A stretch of DNA of 64,000 nucleotides from Parcubacteria group bacterium GW2011_GWA2_42_14 (GCA_000998135.1 LCCV01000004.1:21681-85680), one strand, 5' to 3'. Positions 9,285 to 20,580 are shown, counted from the stretch's first letter. Program-made: numbers and translations. Notes: a model not told the origin generated them from the sequence alone.

Positions 9285-9396
9285 ACCCGGCCCTAATTCC
9301 GAAAATAGTTTACCGCTATGCCATAAGTTAAATCGCGGTATCGCCCGCGGCTTACTTTTTATAAGCGCAGAATTATAACTTAAGAATTAGAGCCGG
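9285..9396. repeat. MITE-like repeat, family F2 (ACCCGGCCCTAATTCCGAA ... GAATTAGAGCCGGG)
   Basis: About 112 bp with 14-bp terminal inverted repeats. Second copy at 18602-18713. Confidence 0.6.
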
Positions 9397-9466
9397 GTTA
9401 AGGTTGGGCAGCCGCAATTTTTTCGTCCTTTGATAAGCTCAGGACTTAAAATTGCGGGCCAAGCAC

Positions 9467-10621
9467 TTAACACTGCCACGCCGGATCTCCCGGGTCTCCG
9501 GTCGGCTTTTTATAGTTATATTCCTTTAAAACTTCATTATCCTGAAGGGTTTTTGAAAAAATTTTTATTTCATCCATAATTCCCTGGAAATTCTGGGCTA
9601 AATTATCAATATTTAATCCGAGTCGCAGCGGTTCATTGCCCTGAGTCAGACTTTCTCCGCGGGGGATAGGAGAGCCTAAAATAATGCCGTTTATATAAAA
9701 TCTTACCTGCGACCCGTCGTAAGTAACCGCGGCATGCGTCCACCTGTTGAGGGTGGTTGCTCCGACCGCGGCGGAATCAGTCGTGAATTCCGTTCCGGCC
9801 GAATCTTTAAATTTAAAACGCAAGTTAAAATTTCCGGTTACCGGCTGGAACAGATAAAAACCGTATGTTTCTTCGGTAGCCCCCGCTCCTTTTTTTAAAA
9901 TAGTTTTGTATCCGTTGACAGCGCTTTTATTACAAACCCAGGAGGTTATGGAAATCGGCCAGTTGAGATTTATGCTTGATGAATTTGGAAACGTTACGCG
10001 GTCATTTTCCGTGTCAAAATACTGCAGTGCTCCGCCGAATACTACCAGCGGAATCGTATTTTGTCTTATTGGGTCTTCTGTTTCAACGCTTGTGGAAAGA
10101 CCCAAAACGCCGTCATTATCGTTGGCCGTCCAGTCAAAAACCGTTTGGCTTGATTCATTGTCAAATCTCCACCAGCCCGCCAAGTTCTCTGCTTCAAGCA
10201 TGGGATACTTAAAAAAGAACGAGCGCTTGGAAAGAAATGAGGAAGTTGTGTCACAGGGCGATCCTCCCGGATATTGTCCTACTCCTAGAATTTCAGTGTA
10301 GCCGGTTCCGGTTTTTTTTGACACTTTTACCGAATTGCAGGCGTTGTTGGAGGCGGTTATTAGCGGGGTGGTCCAGCAATCGTTTGAAAGATTCTGACAA
10401 ATGGCACGGGAAACTCTGTCAAGATAAACCGTTTTTTCAACTATTTCGTCAGCCGCGTAAAGCGCGAAAAACGATGCTCGTATGTCGCCGGAAAGCATAA
10501 GTTCGCTGTAAATAATATCAAATATTCCGAGGGAAATTGAGAGCATTAAAGAGAGCAAAAAGACGGTAAGGAGAAGACTTATACCTCGTTCTTTTTTTAA
10601 TTTTTTCTGCCGCGCTTTCAT
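9467..10621 (-). CDS. pilus-associated protein: N-terminal hydrophobic pilin-like segment plus C-terminal LamG (concanavalin-like) domain
   Basis: MKARQKKLKKERGISLLLTVFLL... N-terminus. C-terminal RFYINGI...FQGIMDEIKIF resembles LamG. Last gene of the pilin operon. The upstream in-frame ATG at 10660 lies inside repeat F1. Confidence 0.5.
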   Translation of the reverse strand: MKARQKKLKKERGISLLLTVFLLSLMLSISLGIFDIIYSELMLSGDIRASFFALYAADEIVEKTVYLDRVSRAICQNLSNDCWTTPLITASNNACNSVKVSKKTGTGYTEILGVGQYPGGSPCDTTSSFLSKRSFFFKYPMLEAENLAGWWRFDNESSQTVFDWTANDNDGVLGLSTSVETEDPIRQNTIPLVVFGGALQYFDTENDRVTFPNSSSINLNWPISITSWVCNKSAVNGYKTILKKGAGATEETYGFYLFQPVTGNFNLRFKFKDSAGTEFTTDSAAVGATTLNRWTHAAVTYDGSQVRFYINGIILGSPIPRGESLTQGNEPLRLGLNIDNLAQNFQGIMDEIKIFSKTLQDNEVLKEYNYKKPTGDPGDPAWQC

Positions 10622-10630
10622 ATTGTTTTT

Positions 10631-10752
10631 AAATCCAAAATCCCAATATCTAAATCTCAAATAAATTCAAATTTCAAAATTCAAATTAGTTTCGGCATTT
10701 GGTCACTTGATTTTTGATATTATTTAGGATTTGAGATTTTGAATTTGGAATT
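10631..10752. repeat. MITE-like repeat, family F1 (second copy)
   Basis: Aligns with 6845-6958 over about 115 bp. Confidence 0.65.
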
Positions 10753-10763
10753 TTAAAGGAATT

Positions 10764-11342
10764 TTAAAGGTTGACATCTCTCACTCTCTGCGTTACCGTT
10801 GTCTGCAAATTCATCGTGGTGTAAAGCCGGAGCTTGGGGTCAAAGGCCTTGGCTTTGAAAGAAATGGTTAAGCGGGGCTGGCCGTCATCGCCGGCAGAGT
10901 CAGTTCCGGTAACCCTTATGATTAACGTTTCAACAATAACTTCCGGCGCGGTTACCGGAGTGCCGTTGGCGCAATCGGGGTCAGTTGTCCAATTGTTTAT
11001 TTTATAAATTCCGCCTGGTAAATCGGGGTCGGGTCCGCTCGGACCATCGGGGTCGGGCGGGTCATAAAAAGCATATCCTATCGCGTTATTGAACTGGTCG
11101 CGAAAATTAATTTGGGTATTGCTTTGTCCGTTGCAGGCCTCAAGCAAAAAACCGGTTCCGGTTCTTATTTCTTTGGTAATGGATTCAATCCCGAATCTGA
11201 CGTTATCCACGACATTTTGAATGGCCGCGGCTTTATATTGGGCGTTTTTGGCGGCAACTAAAATATTGGCGGTTACCATCGCCACGAAAGCAAAAATTCC
11301 CAAAGCTACGGTTGTTTCAAGAAGTGATACTCCGCGTTTCAT
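10764..11342 (-). CDS. type IV pilin-like (minor pilin or pseudopilin)
   Basis: MKRGVSLLETTVALGIFAFV: class III signal, G then VSLLE with Glu at +5. Confidence 0.65.
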   Translation of the reverse strand: MKRGVSLLETTVALGIFAFVAMVTANILVAAKNAQYKAAAIQNVVDNVRFGIESITKEIRTGTGFLLEACNGQSNTQINFRDQFNNAIGYAFYDPPDPDGPSGPDPDLPGGIYKINNWTTDPDCANGTPVTAPEVIVETLIIRVTGTDSAGDDGQPRLTISFKAKAFDPKLRLYTTMNLQTTVTQRVRDVNL

Positions 11343-11409
11343 GAATCATTAATCATGAACCATAAATCATTAACTACTTGTTCAATGTTTTATGTTCCAA
11401 GTATAAAGT

Positions 11410-12078
11410 TTATCTCCAATTATATAATATCTCCGTTTGCACGAGCGTGCGCGAAATCGAGCCGTCCTGCCAAAGTATGGTAACATCTACTTTTATACGG
11501 TCCGAAGCGGGAATAGTGGTGCTTGTGCCGGAACAAGGCGCGGGACCGGGAGGGTCAATACAGACGGTTTCAGGACCAGGGTCAGAAATAGTTATTTTCC
11601 TTTTAAAAGTAGTAACTTGCGGATTAGGGTCGGCAAGGCAGCTGTAGGCGTATAATCCGTAGTTGGGATAAGTGGCTGTTGGCGGAGTTTGGCAGAAATT
11701 CAAAAAACGACCGGAGGCGCCGAAAGCAATAAGTCTTGGTTCAGCGTCAGTTAAATCATAAGTTGCGTCAACTTCCCAATTTCCGTTGGCAAGGGTTGTG
11801 CAGTTAGAAGAAGTATCGGTAATTGCCCTCCAATCAGGATCAGGGTTTTCATCGAAGTCAGCTCCGTCAGGTCCTACGCAAGACGCAAGAACATTGGAAT
11901 CCCGGAAATAACGAATCATTTCAATTCCTTCCTGCGCCAAGTTGGCGGCGACCAGACGATTTTTCGCGGATTTGGAGGAAAGAATGCCCCGGGATATAAG
12001 CATAAACGGACCGATAACGGCGGCAATAATAATGGTAAGAGCGACGATGGATTCAATTATGGTGAAACCCTTCTTCAT
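11410..12078 (-). CDS. type IV pilin
   Basis: MKKGFTIIESIVALTIIIAAV: canonical prepilin peptidase site G/FTIIE. Confidence 0.75.
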   Translation of the reverse strand: MKKGFTIIESIVALTIIIAAVIGPFMLISRGILSSKSAKNRLVAANLAQEGIEMIRYFRDSNVLASCVGPDGADFDENPDPDWRAITDTSSNCTTLANGNWEVDATYDLTDAEPRLIAFGASGRFLNFCQTPPTATYPNYGLYAYSCLADPNPQVTTFKRKITISDPGPETVCIDPPGPAPCSGTSTTIPASDRIKVDVTILWQDGSISRTLVQTEILYNWR

Positions 12079-12145
12079 GAATCATGAATCATGAATCATG
12101 AATCATGTTTTATATTACATGTTCCATGTTTCATGTTTCATCATA
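12079..12145. repeat. heptamer tandem repeats (ATGAATC)x4 and (CATGTTY)x3 abutting the pilin start codon
   Basis: Read directly from the sequence. A degenerate version lies at 11341-11375, upstream of the second pilin. Confidence 0.8.
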
Positions 12146-13465
12146 TTATGGTATTTTACTCCACAACTCCTTAATTCGCGAGCCAATTCCAGATTTCTCT
12201 TCTAATTTACCCGAAACAATTTGATGTTTCTTAAGCTCGTTTTCAAAATCTTCCCGCGTTAAATTTTTTGCGCCAACACCGCTGAACTCTTTGATAGATT
12301 CAAACGGCAAACCAAACTTTTCATAAAAGTAAAAGGCAATCGGAGCATCAATCAATGAATTTTCGGATTTCTTTTTTAACAGCTCTTTCAGCCCCTTAGC
12401 CATCATTTCCGTGAAACCAAGGCGCTCTTTTTTTATTATATCATTTATAATCCTGATTGAGTCCGCCGGATTTTTAAAATCGCTGTTATAAAGTTTAACC
12501 ATTTTTTCAATAATTTCTTCAAACAGACCTTCTGTAATTTTTATCAATCTTTCGTATACGAATAATCTTCTTAATAAATTCCGGATGCCGATTTTAAGCA
12601 ATTGTTCCGATTCGCCAGCCGGAATTTCGTTGGCCAGAAAACAAACGGCGCGAAGATGGTCTACCGCGATTCTTTTTTGCCGTTCCGTTAAAGCGGTATT
12701 TTGAAGCGGCAAAAATAGGCCATCAAAAATATCGGTTTCAAAAACATTTGATTTTCCATTGGCAACGGCGGTTAATCTTTCGAGGCCGGTAACGCTCGCA
12801 ATGCCTTGAACATCAAGACGTTCAATTTTTCTAATATTTTTTCCGGAAATAAGTTTTTTGTGCGTATCCGGAAAATAATAATCAACAAACACAACGTTCC
12901 AGACGCCAATATCTTTTATATAAATTTCGGAGGTAGAGCCGCAAATTCCTTCGTCGCCGGCCGGCCCCCAAAAATTTTCTTTCAGGCCGAGCCGCTGGAT
13001 ATAAGTTGCCCCGAGTTCTTTCCATATATATTCTGAATCTTTATCCAAAGAAAAACCGGAACCTCCGCTAAAAATCGTCACGTAATCTATGAAAATATTC
13101 AGATTTTTGAAAAAATCGCTTGTTATTTTTATGGCGGTTTGTTTTTTGTATCCGCCAAAAGTTAAGGCCGTGAGCATTTCAAAAAAAGTAAGATGCGAAT
13201 TATCGCCGACATTTTCGGCGTCTTCCGGACGAAAACAGTATTGGGAAGAAACCGCGTTGGGCGCCCCTAGCGGCTTATTTAGGCGCGGTTCAGGGTCGTC
13301 CAGGGGATTGATTTCTGACTTGAAATATTTTTCAAAATATTCAATGCCGGAAGAAGTTAAAAGTTTTTTTTGGTTATCAAAAATAAGAGGAGCCGATGGA
13401 ACAAAAATATGTTCCCGTCTTTCAAAAAATTCAAAAAAGCGCCGTTTTAAATCATGACTCTTCAT
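12146..13465 (-). CDS. alanyl-tRNA synthetase catalytic-domain-like protein (truncated, divergent)
   Basis: 439 aa aligns to the AlaRS N-terminal region: N-term ...FFE...H..VPS, HLTFFEMLTALTFGGY, NFWGPAGDEGICGSTSEIY, VWNVVFVDY and TGLERL. It lacks the GGKHND block, and the conserved Asp before TGMGLER is Val. No editing or C-Ala domains follow. Confidence 0.6.
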   Translation of the reverse strand: MKSHDLKRRFFEFFERREHIFVPSAPLIFDNQKKLLTSSGIEYFEKYFKSEINPLDDPEPRLNKPLGAPNAVSSQYCFRPEDAENVGDNSHLTFFEMLTALTFGGYKKQTAIKITSDFFKNLNIFIDYVTIFSGGSGFSLDKDSEYIWKELGATYIQRLGLKENFWGPAGDEGICGSTSEIYIKDIGVWNVVFVDYYFPDTHKKLISGKNIRKIERLDVQGIASVTGLERLTAVANGKSNVFETDIFDGLFLPLQNTALTERQKRIAVDHLRAVCFLANEIPAGESEQLLKIGIRNLLRRLFVYERLIKITEGLFEEIIEKMVKLYNSDFKNPADSIRIINDIIKKERLGFTEMMAKGLKELLKKKSENSLIDAPIAFYFYEKFGLPFESIKEFSGVGAKNLTREDFENELKKHQIVSGKLEEKSGIGSRIKELWSKIP

Positions 13466-13568
13466 TACTTAAATTCTACAATATATGGCTATTTTTACCA
13501 CAGTAAAAATATTTGGCCTCGCAATGCGCCGCGTTGATTTTTCTTGACTTTTCCGATATAATTGTATC

Positions 13569-15473
13569 ATGGAAAATGGCTTCCTCAAAGAAAAATACGG
13601 CCTGCATAAAAGTCCGGAGGTGGAGCAAGCCGCAAAACGGACGGAAGTTCGCACAGGCGAAAAGGTTCCACAAAACCCGGAGACACGCATCCAAAACTAC
13701 CTTGATCGCTTGCAAAATATCATCAACCCCAAGGAATTAGGGGGGCATCCGAACTTCGATAGATGCGAACGGAATTTAGAAATGCTAAAACACTCCCTTT
13801 ACGATAAATTCGTCATCAAGCCGGAGGAAATTCCCGAGGGTTATTTTGAAAATCAACGCCGCCTTGCCCGCGAGCAGGGTCATGGCGATATTGAAATCAC
13901 GCGAGATATGCGCGATCGGTTTGCCGAAGTAATCGTTTCCGATCAAAGAAGCACTCTTGATAACTGGGTTGACTATCTCGCCTCACCGGACGCGACATAT
14001 CCAGACTGGCTTAAGTACTATGCCATAAGAAGCGTTCTTAGTATGGGCGAGTTTGATAAGGATAAAAAACAATTCACAAAACGCTCTAAAGGAACAACTA
14101 AACCATTCCCAGACCTCAATCGCGAAGCGTTGGCGTATGTGCTTGATGCGATTGAGAAAAAATACAAAGGAGAAAAACCCGGCCTTGTCGTAATTGAAGC
14201 CGAAGACAAAGACAAATTTGAGAAACTTCTGCAAGGCGAAAACTTTGCCAAGCTTTACACTTGGGCGATTGAAAAAGTAACTCCCGCATCTAAGGAAGCG
14301 CTCGCTGATACTCGCGGGAAATGGGTGAAATATCTAAAAAGACAGGATCACATGCCGCTTGTGAAATCCCTTCAGGGCCATGGCACCAATTGGTGCACGG
14401 CCGGAGAATCAACCGCCAAAGCGCAACTCGAAAACGGCGATTTTTACGTCTACTACTCATTAGACAAAGACGGCAAACCAACCATCCCGAGAGCTGCCAT
14501 TCGTATGAAAGAAGACCGGATTGCAGAGATTAGGGGTGTTGCTGATAAAGAACAGAATATGGATCCGTATATCACGCCCGTAGTTGAAGCCAAGCTCAAA
14601 GAATTTCCCGACGGCAAAGTATACGAGAAGAAAACACTCGACATGAAAACACTTACGGTAATTGAACAAAAAACTAAGACTGGTGAAAAATTAACGAAAG
14701 CTGATCTCCTTTTTCTCTACGAAATCAATACGTTCATCGAGGGCTTCGGTTTTCATCCTGATCCGCGTATAGCAGAGTTGCGAGCGCAAAGAAATATAAA
14801 AGAAGATATGCCAGTTGTTTTTGAATGTACTCCAGAACAAATCACGTACACTCCGGACGGTATCAATGAAAACACCAAAGCATATGTTGGCAAGCTCGAG
14901 CCAGGCATATTCCAAAAGTTGCCGGAGAATCTTGAACATATTTACACTTCCTTTCCAAAAAATAAAATCCGCAAGGAAAATATAGAAATCGGTGGCAAGA
15001 CCGCTGAACAATTATTAAACGAGCTGGAACAAGCCGGCATCATAACCGATTTCGCTAAAGATATGTTTCGAAGTCGCGACTTTGTTGCAAGTAAAAATAT
15101 CGAAAGCGCAACTCTCATCCGCCTAACCGTCGCCGACCTTGGATTTACGACAGACGTTAACAACAATAAGATCTACCAGCGGGCAGAAGAACTTGGTTTG
15201 GAACTATGTCCATCCGATGTCGGACCTCATTATTATCTCAAACATCAAAATCAGCCGAGGAACAAGATTAACGAATGGGTGGAAATCGGCATGAAGCAAA
15301 TAAACGCCCATGGCGAACAGTGCGTATTCTTGCTGGCACGCTCCTTCGACGGTATGTGGCGAGATGGCGTTGTGTCCAGATCTGATGACTGGCGTAGTAG
15401 TCCGAACCATAGGATTGTGTTCCGTTTTCGTCGTTCGACCCCTTCGATAAACTCAGGGCATGCAAACTCATGA
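13569..15473 (+). CDS. hypothetical protein, 634 aa, with GC content noticeably above its neighbours
   Basis: Long clean ORF. No domain recognised. GC is roughly 45-50% locally against about 35-38% in flanking genes. Confidence 0.5.
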   Translation: MENGFLKEKYGLHKSPEVEQAAKRTEVRTGEKVPQNPETRIQNYLDRLQNIINPKELGGHPNFDRCERNLEMLKHSLYDKFVIKPEEIPEGYFENQRRLAREQGHGDIEITRDMRDRFAEVIVSDQRSTLDNWVDYLASPDATYPDWLKYYAIRSVLSMGEFDKDKKQFTKRSKGTTKPFPDLNREALAYVLDAIEKKYKGEKPGLVVIEAEDKDKFEKLLQGENFAKLYTWAIEKVTPASKEALADTRGKWVKYLKRQDHMPLVKSLQGHGTNWCTAGESTAKAQLENGDFYVYYSLDKDGKPTIPRAAIRMKEDRIAEIRGVADKEQNMDPYITPVVEAKLKEFPDGKVYEKKTLDMKTLTVIEQKTKTGEKLTKADLLFLYEINTFIEGFGFHPDPRIAELRAQRNIKEDMPVVFECTPEQITYTPDGINENTKAYVGKLEPGIFQKLPENLEHIYTSFPKNKIRKENIEIGGKTAEQLLNELEQAGIITDFAKDMFRSRDFVASKNIESATLIRLTVADLGFTTDVNNNKIYQRAEELGLELCPSDVGPHYYLKHQNQPRNKINEWVEIGMKQINAHGEQCVFLLARSFDGMWRDGVVSRSDDWRSSPNHRIVFRFRRSTPSINSGHANS

Positions 15474-15550
15474 CCAGCAAGAAAAATTCAAAAATTTAGT
15501 ATTTCTCATTGTTGACCCCTTATCTTTTTGTTTTTTAATTCTTTTTTTGA

Positions 15551-15579
15551 TTGAAATGTGTTTGCCTTTTTGCTATAAT
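15551..15579 (+). promoter_or_regulatory. putative sigma70-like promoter for gyrB (TTGAAA, 17 nt, TATAAT)
   Basis: Hexamers with 17-bp spacing about 80 bp upstream of the gyrB start. Confidence 0.4.
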
Positions 15580-15602
15580 TAAAAAAGAATCCTTGATTAT
15601 GA

Positions 15603-17801
<2,199 letters not shown>

Positions 17802-17844
17802 CATGGGTTTTATTATGAGTATAATTATAGTAGAGATTAATAAG

Positions 17845-17862
17845 GGCCCGCGGGCCTTTTAA
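17845..17862. terminator. intrinsic terminator after gyrB
   Basis: GGCCCGCGGGCC palindrome followed by TTTT. Confidence 0.5.
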
Positions 17863-17910
17863 AAGTGGCCTTTTTAATGCCGAATTATAAATGATGAATG
17901 GCTGAATAGG

Positions 17911-17938
17911 ATAATTCATAATTTATAATTCATAATTC
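17911..17938. repeat. heptamer tandem repeat (ATAATTC / ATAATTT)x4 abutting the secE start
   Basis: Read directly. Same motif family as 25347-25376. Confidence 0.8.
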
Positions 17939-18124
17939 TTGTTCACTAAAGTATTAACATTTTTTCAAGAAGTTCAGGTTGAGATGAAAAAAGTTACCTG
18001 GCCGACGCGTCCCCAGGCGGTAAATTACACCATCGCCGTTATTGGCATTTCCATCGGAGTGGCCGCTTTTTTAGGCGGGCTTGATTATGTTTTTCAGTTT
18101 ATTTTGAATACGTTTATTTTGTAA
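17939..18124 (+). CDS. secE: preprotein translocase subunit SecE
   Basis: ...FFQEVQVEMKKVTWPTRPQAVNYTIAVIGI... matches the SecE pattern and sits upstream of nusG. A TTG start is implied; an ATG at 17984 is the alternative. Confidence 0.65.
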   Translation: MFTKVLTFFQEVQVEMKKVTWPTRPQAVNYTIAVIGISIGVAAFLGGLDYVFQFILNTFIL

Positions 18125-18161
18125 ATATTGCTAATCAATCGCTAATTTTTTTTGCGAATAT

Positions 18162-18587
18162 TTGCGAAAATTAATTTGTGATTGTTTGGGGATTAATAAT
18201 ATGTCAGAAAAAGAATTCGGTTATCGCGACGGCGGCCTGCCCGGGCCGGAAGAAATTTCTGATGAAGTAAGGCGAACCAAGGAAAAGAAGGGGGCATATC
18301 GTAAAGATTTTTTGGCGGTTGAAAATATTCCCAATTGGTTTACTGATATCGGCGAGGAACGGGAAGATGAAAAAAGCCCGGAAGAAACGGGATGGAAAGA
18401 ATTGGTTGATGATTTTAAAACGCTTTCAGTTGCGGTCCAGCAGGAGTTGCTTCAGGATATGCAATCTAAGATGAAAAGAAATTTTTTCAAAACTAAAAAA
18501 GAAATGCTGGTTCTTTTTCGATACTTGGTTGATAGAAATTTGGAGGTCATAAGGAGAGGAGAGAGAATTAAAAGACAAAAGAAGTAA
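18162..18587 (+). CDS. hypothetical acidic protein inserted between secE and nusG
   Basis: 141 aa, rich in E/K. No recognised domain. Confidence 0.4.
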   Translation: MRKLICDCLGINNMSEKEFGYRDGGLPGPEEISDEVRRTKEKKGAYRKDFLAVENIPNWFTDIGEEREDEKSPEETGWKELVDDFKTLSVAVQQELLQDMQSKMKRNFFKTKKEMLVLFRYLVDRNLEVIRRGERIKRQKK

Positions 18588-18601
18588 TTATTTATTAGTA
18601 T

Positions 18602-18713
18602 ACCCAGCCCTAATTCTGAATTTAGTTTGTCAATAGGCAAGAGATTAAAACGCAGTATCACCTGGCGGCTTGCAACTGAAATCTGTCAAAGGATTATTTA
18701 GAATTAGAGCCGG
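18602..18713. repeat. MITE-like repeat, family F2 (second copy)
   Basis: Aligns to 9285-9396 including both terminal inverted repeats. Confidence 0.6.
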
Positions 18714-18792
18714 GCGCTAAAATTTATTGCTAAAAATTCTTCGTTGTTGAAAATATTATATTTCACAACTGGAATTTTTAGATAAATTTTGC

Positions 18793-19338
18793 ATGCCAAA
18801 GCAAACAGGAGAATTCGGCAGGAATTGGTACGCGGTTCACACCTATTCCGGATATGAGGACGCTGTTGCGAGAAACCTGAAACAGCGCATTGAGTCCTTG
18901 GGAATGGAAGATAAGATTTTCAGCGTACTTGTCCCCACCGAGAAAAAAATTAAAATAAAGCATGGAAAACGAAAAATAGTCGAGGAAAAAATTTATCCCG
19001 GCTATGTTTTGGTTGAAATGATTGTTACCGATGATTCCTGGTATGTGGTGCGAAATACCCCCCGTGTTACCGGTTTTGTCGGCTCGGGTACCACCCCGAC
19101 ACCTTTGTCGCCGGAAGAAATGGATATTTTGCAGAAAAGAATGGGAGTGGATGAGCCGAAATTTAAGATTGAGGTCGGTATCGGGGATCCGATAAAAATT
19201 ACCGACGGTCCATTTAAGGATTTTGACGGTAAGGTTTCAAGTATTGACGAAGAGCGGGGAAAGGTTAAGGTATTGGTTAATATGTTCGGGAGAAATACGC
19301 CGGTAGAACTGGACTCGCTACAGATTAAAAAACTGTAG
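18793..19338 (+). CDS. nusG: transcription termination/antitermination factor NusG
   Basis: NWYAVHTYSGYEDAVARNL NGN domain and a C-terminal KOW motif. Confidence 0.85.
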   Translation: MPKQTGEFGRNWYAVHTYSGYEDAVARNLKQRIESLGMEDKIFSVLVPTEKKIKIKHGKRKIVEEKIYPGYVLVEMIVTDDSWYVVRNTPRVTGFVGSGTTPTPLSPEEMDILQKRMGVDEPKFKIEVGIGDPIKITDGPFKDFDGKVSSIDEERGKVKVLVNMFGRNTPVELDSLQIKKL

Positions 19339-19406
19339 AACGTTGAGTGTGAAGTGTAGAATGTGGTTTTTTCTGCATCTACTCTCTACCATCTACTTTT
19401 GAAACA

Positions 19407-19829
19407 ATGGCAAAGCCAATTAAAACAATATTAAAACTTCAATTGCCTGCCGGAGCCGCAACGCCTGCCCCTCCGGTAGGAACAGCTTTGGGGCCGCATG
19501 GAATAAACCTCGGCGATTTTGTCAATAAATATAATCAGGCAACCCAGAATATGAAAGGAGATATTGTTCCGGTTGAAATTACGATTTATGAAGACCGCTC
19601 TTTTGATTTTAAATTAAAAACTCCTCCTGCCTCTGATTTATTGCGAAAAGCCGCCGGAATTGAAAAGGGCTCCGGCGCTCCCAATAAAAACAAAGTAGGC
19701 AAAGTGACTAAAGAAGACATTCGCAAAATTGCCGAGAAAAAAATGGTTGATTTGAATGCCGAATCAGTTGAGGCCGCCGAAAAAATAATTGCCGGTACTG
19801 CCCGAAGCATGGGAATAGAGGTCAAATAA
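19407..19829 (+). CDS. rplK: 50S ribosomal protein L11
   Basis: [34 protein letters not shown]... Confidence 0.9.
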   Translation: MAKPIKTILKLQLPAGAATPAPPVGTALGPHGINLGDFVNKYNQATQNMKGDIVPVEITIYEDRSFDFKLKTPPASDLLRKAAGIEKGSGAPNKNKVGKVTKEDIRKIAEKKMVDLNAESVEAAEKIIAGTARSMGIEVK

Positions 19830-19852
19830 AAAAAGATATTTTATAAATACGA

Positions 19853-19882
19853 AACAGGCCCGGACGGCCTGTTTTGTTGTTT
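19853..19882. terminator. intrinsic terminator after rplK
   Basis: AACAGGCCCGGACGGCCTGTT hairpin followed by a T-rich run. Confidence 0.5.
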
Positions 19883-19947
19883 GACTTTAGATTATAGCTT
19901 ATCTACTATTTTAAACAGGTCTTTGATTGCCAAAAAAGGTTTAAAAA

Positions 19948-20580
19948 ATGAGCGAGCAGGAAAAGCTTAGCGGGCCCAAGGAAAATGTAATGGTTGTGCA
20001 TAAAGATGATATTTTCAAGCATGGGGAATGGCAGGGGTTAAATGACAGAAATTTTATGAAACTTCTAGATATTGTAAGGCAGAAGCATACTTTCTTGCCT
20101 CGCTGGGATGTGGAAGACGACCCGCAATGGCAGCAGATTATTCCTTTCGGCATATTCGTTGCCCAAAAGCATATTTTTTCTTATGTTAAAGCCGGAGGTT
20201 CTTCGGAAAAGCGTTTGGTCGGCGAAAGATTTGTGGGAATTGCCGGACATCTTCGGCAAAGCGATTATGTTGATTATGGCAGTTTGCTGCAATGGTTTGA
20301 GCGTGAATGGAATGAAGAAATCAGATATGAGGGTTCACCTTTTGTCTGGCCGATTGGAGTCATTCATGATACATCGCGGCCGGTTTCTGCTTGCCATCTG
20401 GCCTTTATTTTTCTCCTTTATGGAAGCAAGATGAATTTACGAATTAAGGCCTTTGAAGAAATAACCGAAGCAAAATTTTTGACTTTGGACGAGTTCGATG
20501 GAGTGTCTCCAGCCGTTGATAACTGGAGCCGGGCGGTTTTGGAGTATCTGAAGCAAAATCGTAATTTGCTCGCATTATAA
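19948..20580 (+). CDS. hypothetical protein occupying the usual rplA position
   Basis: 210 aa. No L1 similarity. Function unknown. Confidence 0.4.
   Translation: MSEQEKLSGPKENVMVVHKDDIFKHGEWQGLNDRNFMKLLDIVRQKHTFLPRWDVEDDPQWQQIIPFGIFVAQKHIFSYVKAGGSSEKRLVGERFVGIAGHLRQSDYVDYGSLLQWFEREWNEEIRYEGSPFVWPIGVIHDTSRPVSACHLAFIFLLYGSKMNLRIKAFEEITEAKFLTLDEFDGVSPAVDNWSRAVLEYLKQNRNLLAL

Noticed and set aside
19948-20580. Possible Nudix or 2H-phosphoesterase assignment for the protein after rplK
   Set aside because: I could not align either the Nudix box or the paired H-x-T/S-x motifs convincingly. It is left as hypothetical.
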